DNA from: Macrostomum lignano
Lineage: Eukaryota
Assembly: GCA_002269645.1 (NCBI GenBank)
Contig: NIVC01000235.1
Coordinates: 106,516-170,515 of the forward strand
Direction of reading: 5' to 3'
Length of the DNA: 64,000 bases
Positions 48,418 to 58,290 of the stretch are shown here, in pieces. How positions within the stretch are numbered: the first letter of the stretch is position 1; each line of letters begins with the position of its first letter. Made by a program: the position numbers and the translations under genes. The notes beneath the pieces are model-generated. The model did no database searches, was not told where the DNA came from, and worked only from the letters and a program-made list of their open reading frames with translations.

Positions 48418-50628
48418 TATGGGCTTTGTATCGGTTTATTCTGTATCTCAGTACGATCCAGGAGGTTGTGATTGCGAATTGAAATAGAAAAATCCTGTCT
48501 ACAACTTTAAATGGTTAGGCAGGGAAGCAAGAATGCAACCCAAAATTCATTTTTGCGATTATTCTTGAGCAAGGAAGGATGTTAAATCGACGACTGAAAT
48601 GCACTTTTTGAAAATAAAACCAGCGCATATTTGACTTCTTTGTTTTCCATGAAATCGATCAGAACTCCTTAAAGTAAACTAAACTCGGTCTTCTAGCCTC
48701 GTTAGTGAAAAAAGCAGGATAAAATTCATCCATAGATGATTATATATTGTGCCTATTTAATAATTCTCTTGTAAATACGTATTTTGAGAAATTTAGTTAC
48801 TAAATAAAATCTAACCAATTTTTTAAGATTGTAGAGTTGCACAGCTTTCCATTGTATCCCTGACAGTACTGTTTAATCAACAAATAAAAAAGTTTTTTTT
48901 CTGGTAATTTTAAGTTTTTATATATAACAGTTAGATAGTATCTATTAGTTAAATAGTTAGATTGATAATTTATTTTACACCATTTCAATTACACTACACT
49001 TTATATTTTACCTTCAGTTTGTTAATTTGTCTTTTTTATCTTCAATGAGATTTCTTAGCCCTATTATCAATAAAGTCTTGAGTCAATACTCCACTGCAGT
49101 CTAATATACGCTAAGCCTATATAAAGTAAAATTGTCCAGCTGTCGTTATTGTTATTATTTACCACCTTCTAGTGCAAAAGTGATATTCGGGAAAAGTGGC
49201 TCGCTTAATAAAGATAAGATAAATAAAAGTAAGAATCAACATAAATTGTAATAAAAAGTGATAAAAAGTGATAAAAAGTGATATATTCATGATCTTTAAG
49301 AAATACTTTTGCTGCCAAGTACAAAAAATAAAAGACTTTAGGTAGCTAGCTATAGATCATAATGACTCTACATTGACTGAGTAGGAATGTGCTATCAATT
49401 TTCTGGTTTATTATCTAGATCGCATGTTAAAAGGTGATATAATTTATTATCTATTGTTGAAGAGCAAAAGGTTCAAATGTTTTGTAGACTTTCCTATAAC
49501 CATGGACTTTTGTTTGGACTTTTGGACTTGTATTTGTCAATCTGAGTTTAAACACACTAATAATAAAACTTTTTCTACTAGTTTTCCTACTCTATATGCT
49601 TTCTCAGTTGTTTCTTCTTAGAAAATTAAAACTTCTCATTTTGATTTAACATTTCAAGAATTCCTTACTACTGTTAGTAGCAAATCATGCTGGTTTTATG
49701 CCTGGTTTTCTTACTAAATAATTATAATTCATTTAGTTAACTATTTTTTTCTGCAATAATTATAATATTGATTTGTCACAAAGTTTTTTTTAAATCTAGT
49801 TTCGACGTGCTAATAGAGTTTTACAACTTATAACTGTACCTTGGCTTTGGATGAGAGCCAAGTCAGGACTAATGTAGTGCGCGCTTTTTACTGCATTACC
49901 CATGCAGGCTGCATCCACCTGCAATTGATGAGCCATACGCTCTTGTGTCCGTGCTTTCTCTACGCCTGCAGATCCACAGCTTTGACCGTCGGGGTTTACC
50001 AAGAGGCAGAGCAGGGCGGCGGCGGCGGCGGGAGTGGGCTGAGACGGGGATGCAAATAAGGAGTCCCACTTCAGAGCTGTACAGTTTATTCTCACCTTTT
50101 GAGGGGGAAAGCCAAGCCGCCATTGCACGGGCGGATACGGAGAGAAATGAAGGGGGGCAGGAGATGCCCTGGAATCGTTGACCAGAGCTGGCTGCAGGGT
50201 GAGCAGCTGCGCCCCGCAGAGCAGGAGCAGCTTAGGCTAGCAGGCTTAACACCTCGGCCAGTAGAAATGCATGCATTAGCACGTGTAACAATGATTGATT
50301 GCTAGGTTAAAAATCAATGAGCTAATGCGTTTTTGGAACTAAGCTGAAAGGCGTGAGAGAGAGAGCGAGAGAGAGAGAGAGAGAGAGAGTCGACTTGAAA
50401 CACAATTTGACGCAAAACGCAGCGCACTTTGTTTATTTCAATATTTGTACATGGAAAGCTGATAGAGCATTAGTCAGATTAGAGTGTCCAGTCAAATACA
50501 GTGAATATGCGCTAATAAGCCAGGCTGTCCCAGTGCTTCTATTTGATCAAACTCTGGCTTTGCAACGCGGTTAGTCTGTTTGGCTGCACCTTGGTACATT
50601 CAATTTCTATCCAGTTAGTGTTGACTGA

Positions 50629-52332
50629 TTAATCAAGGAAGATGCTGCAGAGCACGTCAACAAGTTCGCCGTTGACATCCTGCGAGCACCAGTCCTCGAC
50701 CGATTTAGTCTCGAATACGAAGCCTTTTCTAGCTGGCTGGTAGAAGTAGCACAGACTGCCGCACACCCGCAGCAGATAGGAGCCGGCGAAGTTTACCTGC
50801 ACTGATTCGTCTGACAGGTGAAAGACATGATAGGTACCACCGCAGTGCTTTGACCAGCTGCGCAGGTAGTGTACAGTTCCGGTGCCTTGGCTCACCCAGC
50901 TGACCTGCTCCCGCATCAGGTTGCTGCTGGGCACATCCTGGAACTCCTCGGTCAAGTCTTGGGCCAGAGGCTCGTAGAATCTGCTGACTGAACCACTCGA
51001 AGTCCGCGTCAGCTCCACTGGCATCTCGGTGGACCGTTTGGCTGAATTTTCTTTGGTGCAGACCTGTCCGCTGACATAGTAAGCCTGGCCAGTGCCCGTG
51101 TTCTGAAGGAAGCTGGTTGCGTCATTATACAAGACACAGTTGTAGCCATCAGACAGCTGATAGTAGAAGCCGCAAGTGGAGGTCTTGTCGCGCCACCAGG
51201 TGAGCCAAGATTGGCCAAAGTCAGTCGCCAGCTTGCCCCACGCTGGTGCCGTCCGAAAATAGCGCAGCAAGGCCGATATCCTTGCTAGACGGAGGTCGAT
51301 CACAGTGGTGGCACTGGTGGAAGCAACCGAGTCAATTTTGAACCGTTTCCTGCCGTTACTGTTGCTGACCGTTGCATCAGTCGCTACCGTTTTTCCCTTA
51401 CCGTTTAAAACGCATGTGAGACTCTTTGGAAATAATCGGGTGCTCGCTGCATATCTCAGGTGCACACAGCCGACTGAGTCCTTGGCATCGCTGATCAGCC
51501 GACTCTCATACTGCTGGCTGTAGCTGCAGAACTGGTGCCGCTCAATCTCGTCAAGTTCCGGCCGCTCCTCCGGGTCTAGGTGCAACATTCGAGCCACCAG
51601 GTCCCGCAGATGTTCGTCTGTGTGGTGTCGAGTGAACTCGTAGCTACCTGTCACGATGCACCGGTAAATATCGGCAAGCTCGTCCATCTGGAACGGTGGC
51701 AGTCCGCCAAACAGTGTGTATAGCACCACGCCACAGGACCAGATGTCGCTCTTGGTTGTGTGACCTTGACGCAGTAGCACCTCTGGGCTGAGGTAGTTGG
51801 GCGTGCCACAGGCCAAGTGCCGCTCCAGATAGCTTCTAGTAATTGTGCACGACAAGCCGAAGTCTGTAATCTTTATAACATCATTTACGTCTACCAGGAT
51901 GTTGCTTAGTTTGAGATCGCGGTGTAGGATGTTGCAACTGTGCAGGTAACGCAGGCCGGTAATTAACTGGGTGAAGTAGTAGGCAGCCAGGTCTAACGAC
52001 AGGCAGGTTAGGTGGACAATCATATCAGCCAGAGACTTTTTGTTGCAGTATTCCAGCACAAAGTATATGAAGTCGTCGTAAACAAAGTTGGCGTACAATT
52101 CGACCACGTTGCGATGCCTTAGCCGACTGTGGATGTCGACCTCGTACTGCAGGTAGGGCTCTTTTGAGGCCTGCTGGATCATGCGCAAGCTGATCTTCTT
52201 CACTGCCACTACCCTCTCAGCGCTGTCACCGGGCGGTCTCTCAATCGCCTTGTAGCAGACGCCGAATCCACCCTTGCCCAGGCAGGGGCCGATGTCGTAA
52301 GCAATGTCTTCCCGGTGCACTGTAGTCGTCAT
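50629..52332 (-). CDS. Intronless, divergent Polo-like kinase (kinase domain plus two polo boxes), 567 aa
   Basis: LGKGGFGVCY (PLK-type Cys in the Gly-loop), VAVK, HRDLKLSN, DFG and CGTPNYLSPE are present. PB1 is WLTWWRDKTSTCGFYYQLSDGYNCVLYND and PB2 is YLRSWSK...FHLSDESVQVNF. A minus-strand AATAAA lies at 50432-50437. Confidence 0.92.
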   Translation of the reverse strand: MTTTVHREDIAYDIGPCLGKGGFGVCYKAIERPPGDSAERVVAVKKISLRMIQQASKEPYLQYEVDIHSRLRHRNVVELYANFVYDDFIYFVLEYCNKKSLADMIVHLTCLSLDLAAYYFTQLITGLRYLHSCNILHRDLKLSNILVDVNDVIKITDFGLSCTITRSYLERHLACGTPNYLSPEVLLRQGHTTKSDIWSCGVVLYTLFGGLPPFQMDELADIYRCIVTGSYEFTRHHTDEHLRDLVARMLHLDPEERPELDEIERHQFCSYSQQYESRLISDAKDSVGCVHLRYAASTRLFPKSLTCVLNGKGKTVATDATVSNSNGRKRFKIDSVASTSATTVIDLRLARISALLRYFRTAPAWGKLATDFGQSWLTWWRDKTSTCGFYYQLSDGYNCVLYNDATSFLQNTGTGQAYYVSGQVCTKENSAKRSTEMPVELTRTSSGSVSRFYEPLAQDLTEEFQDVPSSNLMREQVSWVSQGTGTVHYLRSWSKHCGGTYHVFHLSDESVQVNFAGSYLLRVCGSLCYFYQPARKGFVFETKSVEDWCSQDVNGELVDVLCSIFLD

Positions 52333-55300
52333 TGCGCTGATCTCATTGTTTTGCCGGGGCGCCGCCGTTAGGGTGAATCTCCGTCACCCCTGCCCGTGTT
52401 TTTTTCTGCAAACCTGTCCCTCTCCCTTTTACGCGTCCTCTAACGATACAAGACCGGCGCTGCAGAAGCAGGTTGAAAGGAAGAGTAGCTGAATTGCGTG
52501 AGGCAGGGCCGCAAAATATAGGCCAGTTAGGCAAGCCGTACATTCATCTCCGCGCTGCTCTGGCTGGGGTGGTTAGTAGAGCGGCGAGGAAACTCCATTG
52601 GCTGCACGGTTGAGCCATGGTCTCCCTCATAATTCTTCCTTTCTCTTTTTAACCTCTCTCTCCTTTACTTTCCTTCTTGTCCGTATAGAATTTCTTCCTC
52701 TCTCTTCCCCTACTTTCGTCTTCAACCTCAGAAGCTTCCTTCGCTCTTCTATTTTTCCACGTGTCAACTGCACTGCAGCAGCAGCTCCATTAGATTTCCC
52801 CATTCTCCGATGGGACAGGCGGGATCTCTACTGACGTAGATATGTGCGTAAATATGTAGTTGCGGTAGCCGCAAACCGCCCCTTCTTGCCGCCACTCGCG
52901 TGTCCTCTCTTTAAGTTCTTCATCCCAGCGGGTCTCTTGTTGAAGCTGAAGAAGAACGGGAGCGGGAGCGGGTAGGGGGGGAATGGGGAACCAGAGCTTG
53001 TCCAAGGGTTCTTTGCTGCCTGTGGCGGCGCCATCTAGCAGTCTATTAAACCCGATCCGGTCCCGCAGGCTTATCTCCCTCGTTTGTCCTCCCTCGTCCC
53101 CTCGGCTCCCGGGCCTGCAGGCCAAATCGGCTGACACGAAGATCCTGACTGACGCGGCTCCATAGGCCCGAGTCTCTCGCTTAACCTCTCTACCCGATTT
53201 GGCCCACGTCCGTTCAAAGGCAATTGCTTTCACTCTCTCGCTGACACCACCAGCTAGGGGAGCCCCAGCTCTCTGCCACAGCTGGCCGAGTGTTCAGTAC
53301 GCCTGCAGTGGCCGGGCGGGCGAACGAGGCAAGTGTGCCGGGATTATGGCAGTTGTTTGGATAAAAATCGCTTCACTCAGCAGTATTTTTGTCCTCAGAG
53401 ATTAGCCCATCAAATATTTTTTACCCCCGGTCATGGGACTTCCCGCTTCATCAATTTTTATCTCCTAGATTTTATTTTCGCTTTTCTTTCGGGCTACCGA
53501 TGCGATGGCGAATCCTTCCAGCCTTTTTTATTTGCTTCCGTTTTACCATTTTCCCTTTCTCCCTCTCTCTCGCTCGCCCACTCGCACTTTTTCCCAGCCG
53601 GCCAGGGTTCTCTGCTGTTCAGTCTACACGCGCCTTATCTGCCGCGATCCGTCGGGGGTCGGGAGGATTATCGAATGCAGGATTCGGGTCGCTGCTCTGG
53701 AATCCAATCCGTCCGCAAACCCTGCGTGGAAATCTCCCATTTACTCGCAGCGTCTTGCTGACTGCTAAGTCGGCAGCCACTTTAACAGGGCCAGTCAGTG
53801 ACAGTCGCAGATACGTAAATTTTTTTGCGCATCAGATGGGAGCAGCGCAGTGGGCGTGGCTCTCTGCAATCGTGCTGTAGCGGCGACCGAATCGATGCGA
53901 GATGCGCGGCGAAACCGGCTGCGCTTCTTTTTTGTTGGCTGTGCACGAATTGTCCGACTTTCTGCGCTGCTCCCGTGCTGCCCGAGGGGTGGGAAAACGG
54001 GATAAATCGATCCTTGTGCATAGCGCCTGGTGAGGACAGACGTCAGAGCTCAAAGAGAGGCTTCTCTATCGGTTGCCCGGCCTGTGTGTCTCAAGCATCC
54101 GCATGCAGCGTTTCTGGTCAATGCTTTGCCTTGTACTCACGCGAGGGCAACGTCATGCAGCTCAACTCTGAGGCAGGAAATTTGCTAGGTAGTAGGATGT
54201 GATGCTTCTGGGAGTGGCTGCCCACACAGTCTGCACTAATGTTCCACGAGCGCGCAGGCTAAGGTCGGGGGGGGGATCTGAGGAAGGCGTCGAACTATTT
54301 TCGACAGAAACCAGATCTGCCCCTTCGTCTCCTTCTATCTAGGCGCACGATTCCTGGTTTTTCCCTACCCGCAGAAGCCACATGGTGAAGAGTCTGGTCC
54401 GCATAAATAATAAATAATAGTTTGTTTACAATCCCGCCTCTCTCTGTCTCTCTCTCGATGGCGGCAGGCGGAGCGAGGGGGGAGGAGGCTGGGGACTGGG
54501 GGGCAGGCGGAGCTGCACGGGAAGAGTTAAGAGAGCGTAAGGCAGTAGCGGCGGGGTTAAGGGGAATGAGTGTATTGATTGATGGATTAAATTGATTTTG
54601 TTTATTACGTTTTCGCCCACGTGTCCCGGCGCGGTTTTGCAAAGCTTTCCGGGAATCCAAGTTTTCCCTGGGACTCTGTTGACCACCGGGTGTTCAAATA
54701 GAAGTGGCTTATCCTTGTTGAATTTTATTCCAGTGGGCTACCGCTTTGTTACAAAAGTGCTGCCTGAACTCGAATTGGTGAATGTGCAGGACAGACTTTC
54801 TGGCAAAACGCGGCCGCATGTAAGAGATGCAAATTTCCTACTGAATTTCTAGTTCGTTACCGCGTGTCTTCTGTCAGAGGCGAAGATGCTCGGAGGCGAG
54901 AAGAAGAGGCGAGGATTCTCGTCGAATTTCGAACCGGATGCAGCTGTCATCGCTGAGTCTGGCTCTACTCTTGCATTTTTTACTAGGGCTCTGCTGCTAG
55001 TGCGCACTTCGATGCGGGATGCTGAGATGCCGTCTCTCGTCTGCTGACATTGTCAGAGAAAATTAGAAAGAAAAAATTATCATTGGCAGGCAGGAGAGCA
55101 GTCAGATCAGGGCAGTCTCACGGCCGGCAGTTCGCACCGATTCTTCCCGGTTGTTCGGGGGTTCTTGAAACTGGAGAAGAAGAGCCTTCGTGTTAAAAAA
55201 TCGTGCCTCACAGGGCGAGACGGGAATGGGGAGCTTGCTGCCTGAGCTGCTCTGGGAGCTGTTCCGGGTGGGAACTCTGGCATGTGCTCAACAGGCTTAG

Positions 55301-56293
55301 CAGGGAAAGCGAAAAATTCGCCCCGAGATTTACTAAGCCAGAATTTTTCTTTCCTTTTGTCGCCTCGACAGTTTCTTTCATTTTTCATTTTTTCTCCTCG
55401 GGTTCGGAGAGAGGTAGCGCTGCACCTCAGCCGAGTTGCTCAGACGCAAACACCGAGCTCAATGGAGCTGAAAGATAGCGAGTGAAAGCGACTCCAAGTC
55501 TGTCGTCCCAGCCTCCTCTCCATCGCTGAAGCGAGGAGAAGCTGCGCCGACCAATCTGCCGGGGTTCCCCAGGGGGAAGGAGAAAGGGATGAGGAGGAGA
55601 AGGGGAGCAGCAAGCGCTGTAGAGGCCTTAGGCCCTAGGAGAGGGGATTAAAAGGGAAAAGGGGGGCACAGGAGGAAGCCGTGTAGTTAAGGAGAATATC
55701 GAAGACCATCGATGGGGTCTGTGGCACTTTGTGGCATTCTTCGGCATAGGGGGATGGAGATCAATTAGGCAAGTTATGCTGATGGCACAGATAGCCGGTC
55801 AAGGACGCGGGGACGAGAGCAAGGCAGGGGGAGAGAGAGGGAGCAGTGCCAAAGTTTAAATGCATTCGGGCCCCGCTTTGCCCAGTCTCCCCAGCCGATT
55901 GAATGGCTGGCTGGTTTCAGCTTGCGGCTGTGAAATCTGATCCGGGCATGCGGCAGCTCATCAGTGCCCTGCTTTGCCGGTATGATAATCGATTCAAGCC
56001 AGCTCAACCTGGGCTTAATGCTAGCAGCATACTGCTTTGGCTTCTATTGACTGGCTTGAATTCTTTTAGAGCCGAGCAGCCCCGACTCCAACCGAGACTG
56101 GCATCCTGCCACAAGTGCACATATATATTCCCTCTCCCGAGAGCATATTATGACTTTCAGTGTTTAATTTTGTTTTAATTTACTACTGCTATTCTACTAT
56201 GAGTAGCGACAATCGAATATGCTAGTTTTAATTCAAAGCAATTAACGATTATTTCCTATTTTTACACGTGTCGATGGCTATGGATTCAAAGCT

Positions 56294-56617
56294 GTTCCAG
56301 ATCCTCAGACTGAGCCGACACCCTCCCAGATCCTCAGACTGAGCCGACACCCTCCCAGATCTTCAGACTGAGCCGACACCCTCCCAGATCTTCAGACTGA
56401 GCCGACACCCTCCCAGATCCTCAGACTGAGCCGACACCCTCCCAGATCTTCAGACTGAGCCGACACCCTCCCAGATCCTCAGACTGAGCCGACACCCTCC
56501 CAGATCCTCAGACTGAGCCGACACCCTCCCAGATCCCTGAGCCGACACCCTCCCAGATCCTCAGACTGAGCCGACACCCTCCCAGATCCTCAGACTGAGC
56601 CGACACCCTCCCAGATC
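56294..56617. repeat. 29-bp minisatellite CCAGATCCTCAGACTGAGCCGACACCCTC, ~11 copies, abutting the SINE head
   Basis: Directly visible; the unit contains the internal palindrome CTCAG-A-CTGAG. Confidence 0.95.
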
Positions 56618-56631
56618 TGACTGAGCCTGTA

Positions 56632-56925
56632 GCCGGGTTGCAGCCTAGTGGTCAGAGCGTCGAAGTCACGACTGAAAGGTCGGGGGTTCGATTCTCGAGC
56701 TACCCGGAACAATTTGTGTCCTAGAGCAAGACACTTGCTTCAGTTCACCCAGCTGTAAAATAGGTGCCAGCACTAGCTGGGGTAATTGAAGGTGTGTAGC
56801 GACCCTCCAGTCCTTGGACTGAACAGCCGTACGCAGCCTTCAGATTCGCCGCGCAATAGCTACGGCTGACCTGCCCATTAGGACAGGTGTAATCAATTAT
56901 TGTTATTGTTATTACTATTATTATA
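56632..56925 (+). mobile_element. tRNA-derived SINE with a conserved (Deu/Nin-like) core and an (ATT)n-like tail
   Basis: The head 56632-56708 has an A-box (GCCTAGTGG), a B-box (GGTTCGATTCT) and an acceptor stem CCGGGT/ACCCGG. The core is GTGTCCTAGAGCAAGACACTT...CACCCAGCTGTAAAATAGGTGCC. The tail is attattgttattgttattactattattat. Confidence 0.85.
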
Positions 56926-56931
56926 TGTTAG

Positions 56932-57858
56932 AAATTGAGCGCCAAAGCGGATAAAATCCGTGAATTCCAGTCGAGCCCGGAAGAAGAGGTTGCGGCTGTG
57001 CGCGCCATATTCCCGGACTTGCTGGCTGCGGACCCGGACGCGGATGCGGACTCTGCCACGGCCGGCCGCGCCGTTTGCAGTAGCCGATCGCTCCGCCTGG
57101 CTGTCTTCTTGCGGCGGCGTCGTCTGCGGTGCTGCGCCGAACTGGACGCTGGCGCGCCGGGCTACCCGGACTCGGCCGGGCCGGGGATTCGCGTCCGCTT
57201 CGAATCGCTTGACCTCTCCGGCCGAGATTGCTCAACGAAGCAGCTTGAGGAGCTGGTGACAAGTTCGCTAGCTGCGTCGGCAGAATCTTTGGCTGGCGCG
57301 CCGGCTCTCATGCAGCTGGTGCAGGTCCTTGTCGACCTGCTTGACGAGCTCGAGTCCGATTGCGCCTCACCCAGCGGCGAGTCTCAAACTGGGAGTCCTG
57401 CGGCAGTTGATGCTCAAGGTGTCCCTGCTTCCACAGACTGCAGTCAAGATGCCACTGCGTGGCGGTGTGTCCTGGTCCATCTGGAGCACATGCGCAGTCG
57501 AAAAATCTACCTCTCTCACCTGCGCAGCTGGACAGACAGCTTAGGGGCCGGCTTCAGGTGTCGGGTTCTCCTACACGACTGCCGATCGAGCATCGCCGCC
57601 CACCTGCTGCTGGCCGGACCGGCCGCCCGCGTGGCAGAATTCCTTCGACGACTGCGCACTGAGCGCGTCGACATCGACTCGCGCGGGCGTCCATGTCGGG
57701 AGCGCCTGATGTCGGTGCTGCACGACGAGAGCGCCGGTCGGCGGGACGCATCTGACGCCAGCGGATTCAAGACTCTGACCTGCTGCCAGCCGGACTCTGT
57801 GCGGGTGGAGATGACTCAGCACGGCTGCGCTGACTGGCTGCCCTCTGTTCTGCACTGA
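56932..57858 (+). CDS. RWDD3: RWD-domain protein 3 (RSUME)-like; no in-frame ATG at the 5' end
   Basis: The N-terminal RWD domain reads EEEVAAVRAIF...GYPDS. The C-terminus HLEHMRSRKIY...W...VAEFLRRLRTERVDIDSRGRPCRERLMSVL matches the RWDD3 pattern HLDHMR...VDVDSSGKKCKEKMISVL. An in-frame TAG lies at 56929-56931. Confidence 0.85.
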   Translation, partial: KLSAKADKIREFQSSPEEEVAAVRAIFPDLLAADPDADADSATAGRAVCSSRSLRLAVFLRRRRLRCCAELDAGAPGYPDSAGPGIRVRFESLDLSGRDCSTKQLEELVTSSLAASAESLAGAPALMQLVQVLVDLLDELESDCASPSGESQTGSPAAVDAQGVPASTDCSQDATAWRCVLVHLEHMRSRKIYLSHLRSWTDSLGAGFRCRVLLHDCRSSIAAHLLLAGPAARVAEFLRRLRTERVDIDSRGRPCRERLMSVLHDESAGRRDASDASGFKTLTCCQPDSVRVEMTQHGCADWLPSVLH

Positions 57859-58290
57859 GAGCCTGTTGTCTGCACTGAGAGCCTGTTGTCTGCACTGAGA
57901 GCCTGTTGTCTGCAACTGAGAGCCTGTTGTCTGCACTGAGAGCCTGTTGTCTGCAACTGAGAGCCTGTTGTCTGCAACTGAGAGCCTGTTGTCTGCACTG
58001 AGAGCCTGTTGTCTGCAACTGAGAGCCTGTTGTCTGCAACTGAGAGCCTGTTGTCTGCAACTGAGAGCCTGTTGTCTGCACTGAGAGCCTGTTGTCTGCA
58101 ACTGAGAGCCTGTTGTCTGCAACTGAGAGCCTGTTGTCTGCAACTGAGAGCCTGTTGTCTGCACTGAGAGCCTGTTGTCTGCAACTGAGAGCCTGTTGTC
58201 TGCAACTGAGAGCCTGTTGTCTGCACTGAGAGCCTGTTGTCTGCACTGAGAGCCTGTTGTCTGCACTGAGAGCCTGTTGTCTGCAACTGA
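57849..58290. repeat. 20/21-bp minisatellite TGCA(A)CTGAGAGCCTGTTGTC, ~21 copies, beginning on the RWDD3 stop codon
   Basis: The gene ends CTG CAC TGA and these bases form the start of the first repeat unit. Confidence 0.97.

Noticed and set aside
49940-50305. Possible plus-strand exons (…GGGGGSGLRRGCK*; LQGEQLRPAEQEQL…)
   Set aside because: Coding-like composition only; no domain and no linkable upstream exons.
52600-56200. Many 60-160 aa ORFs in a GC-patchy region
   Set aside because: They overlap in several frames, have no conserved motifs, and look like regulatory or intergenic sequence.
56632-56708. Functional tRNA gene
   Set aside because: The anticodon arm does not pair well, there are extra bases before the acceptor 3' strand, and it continues into a SINE core and tail.
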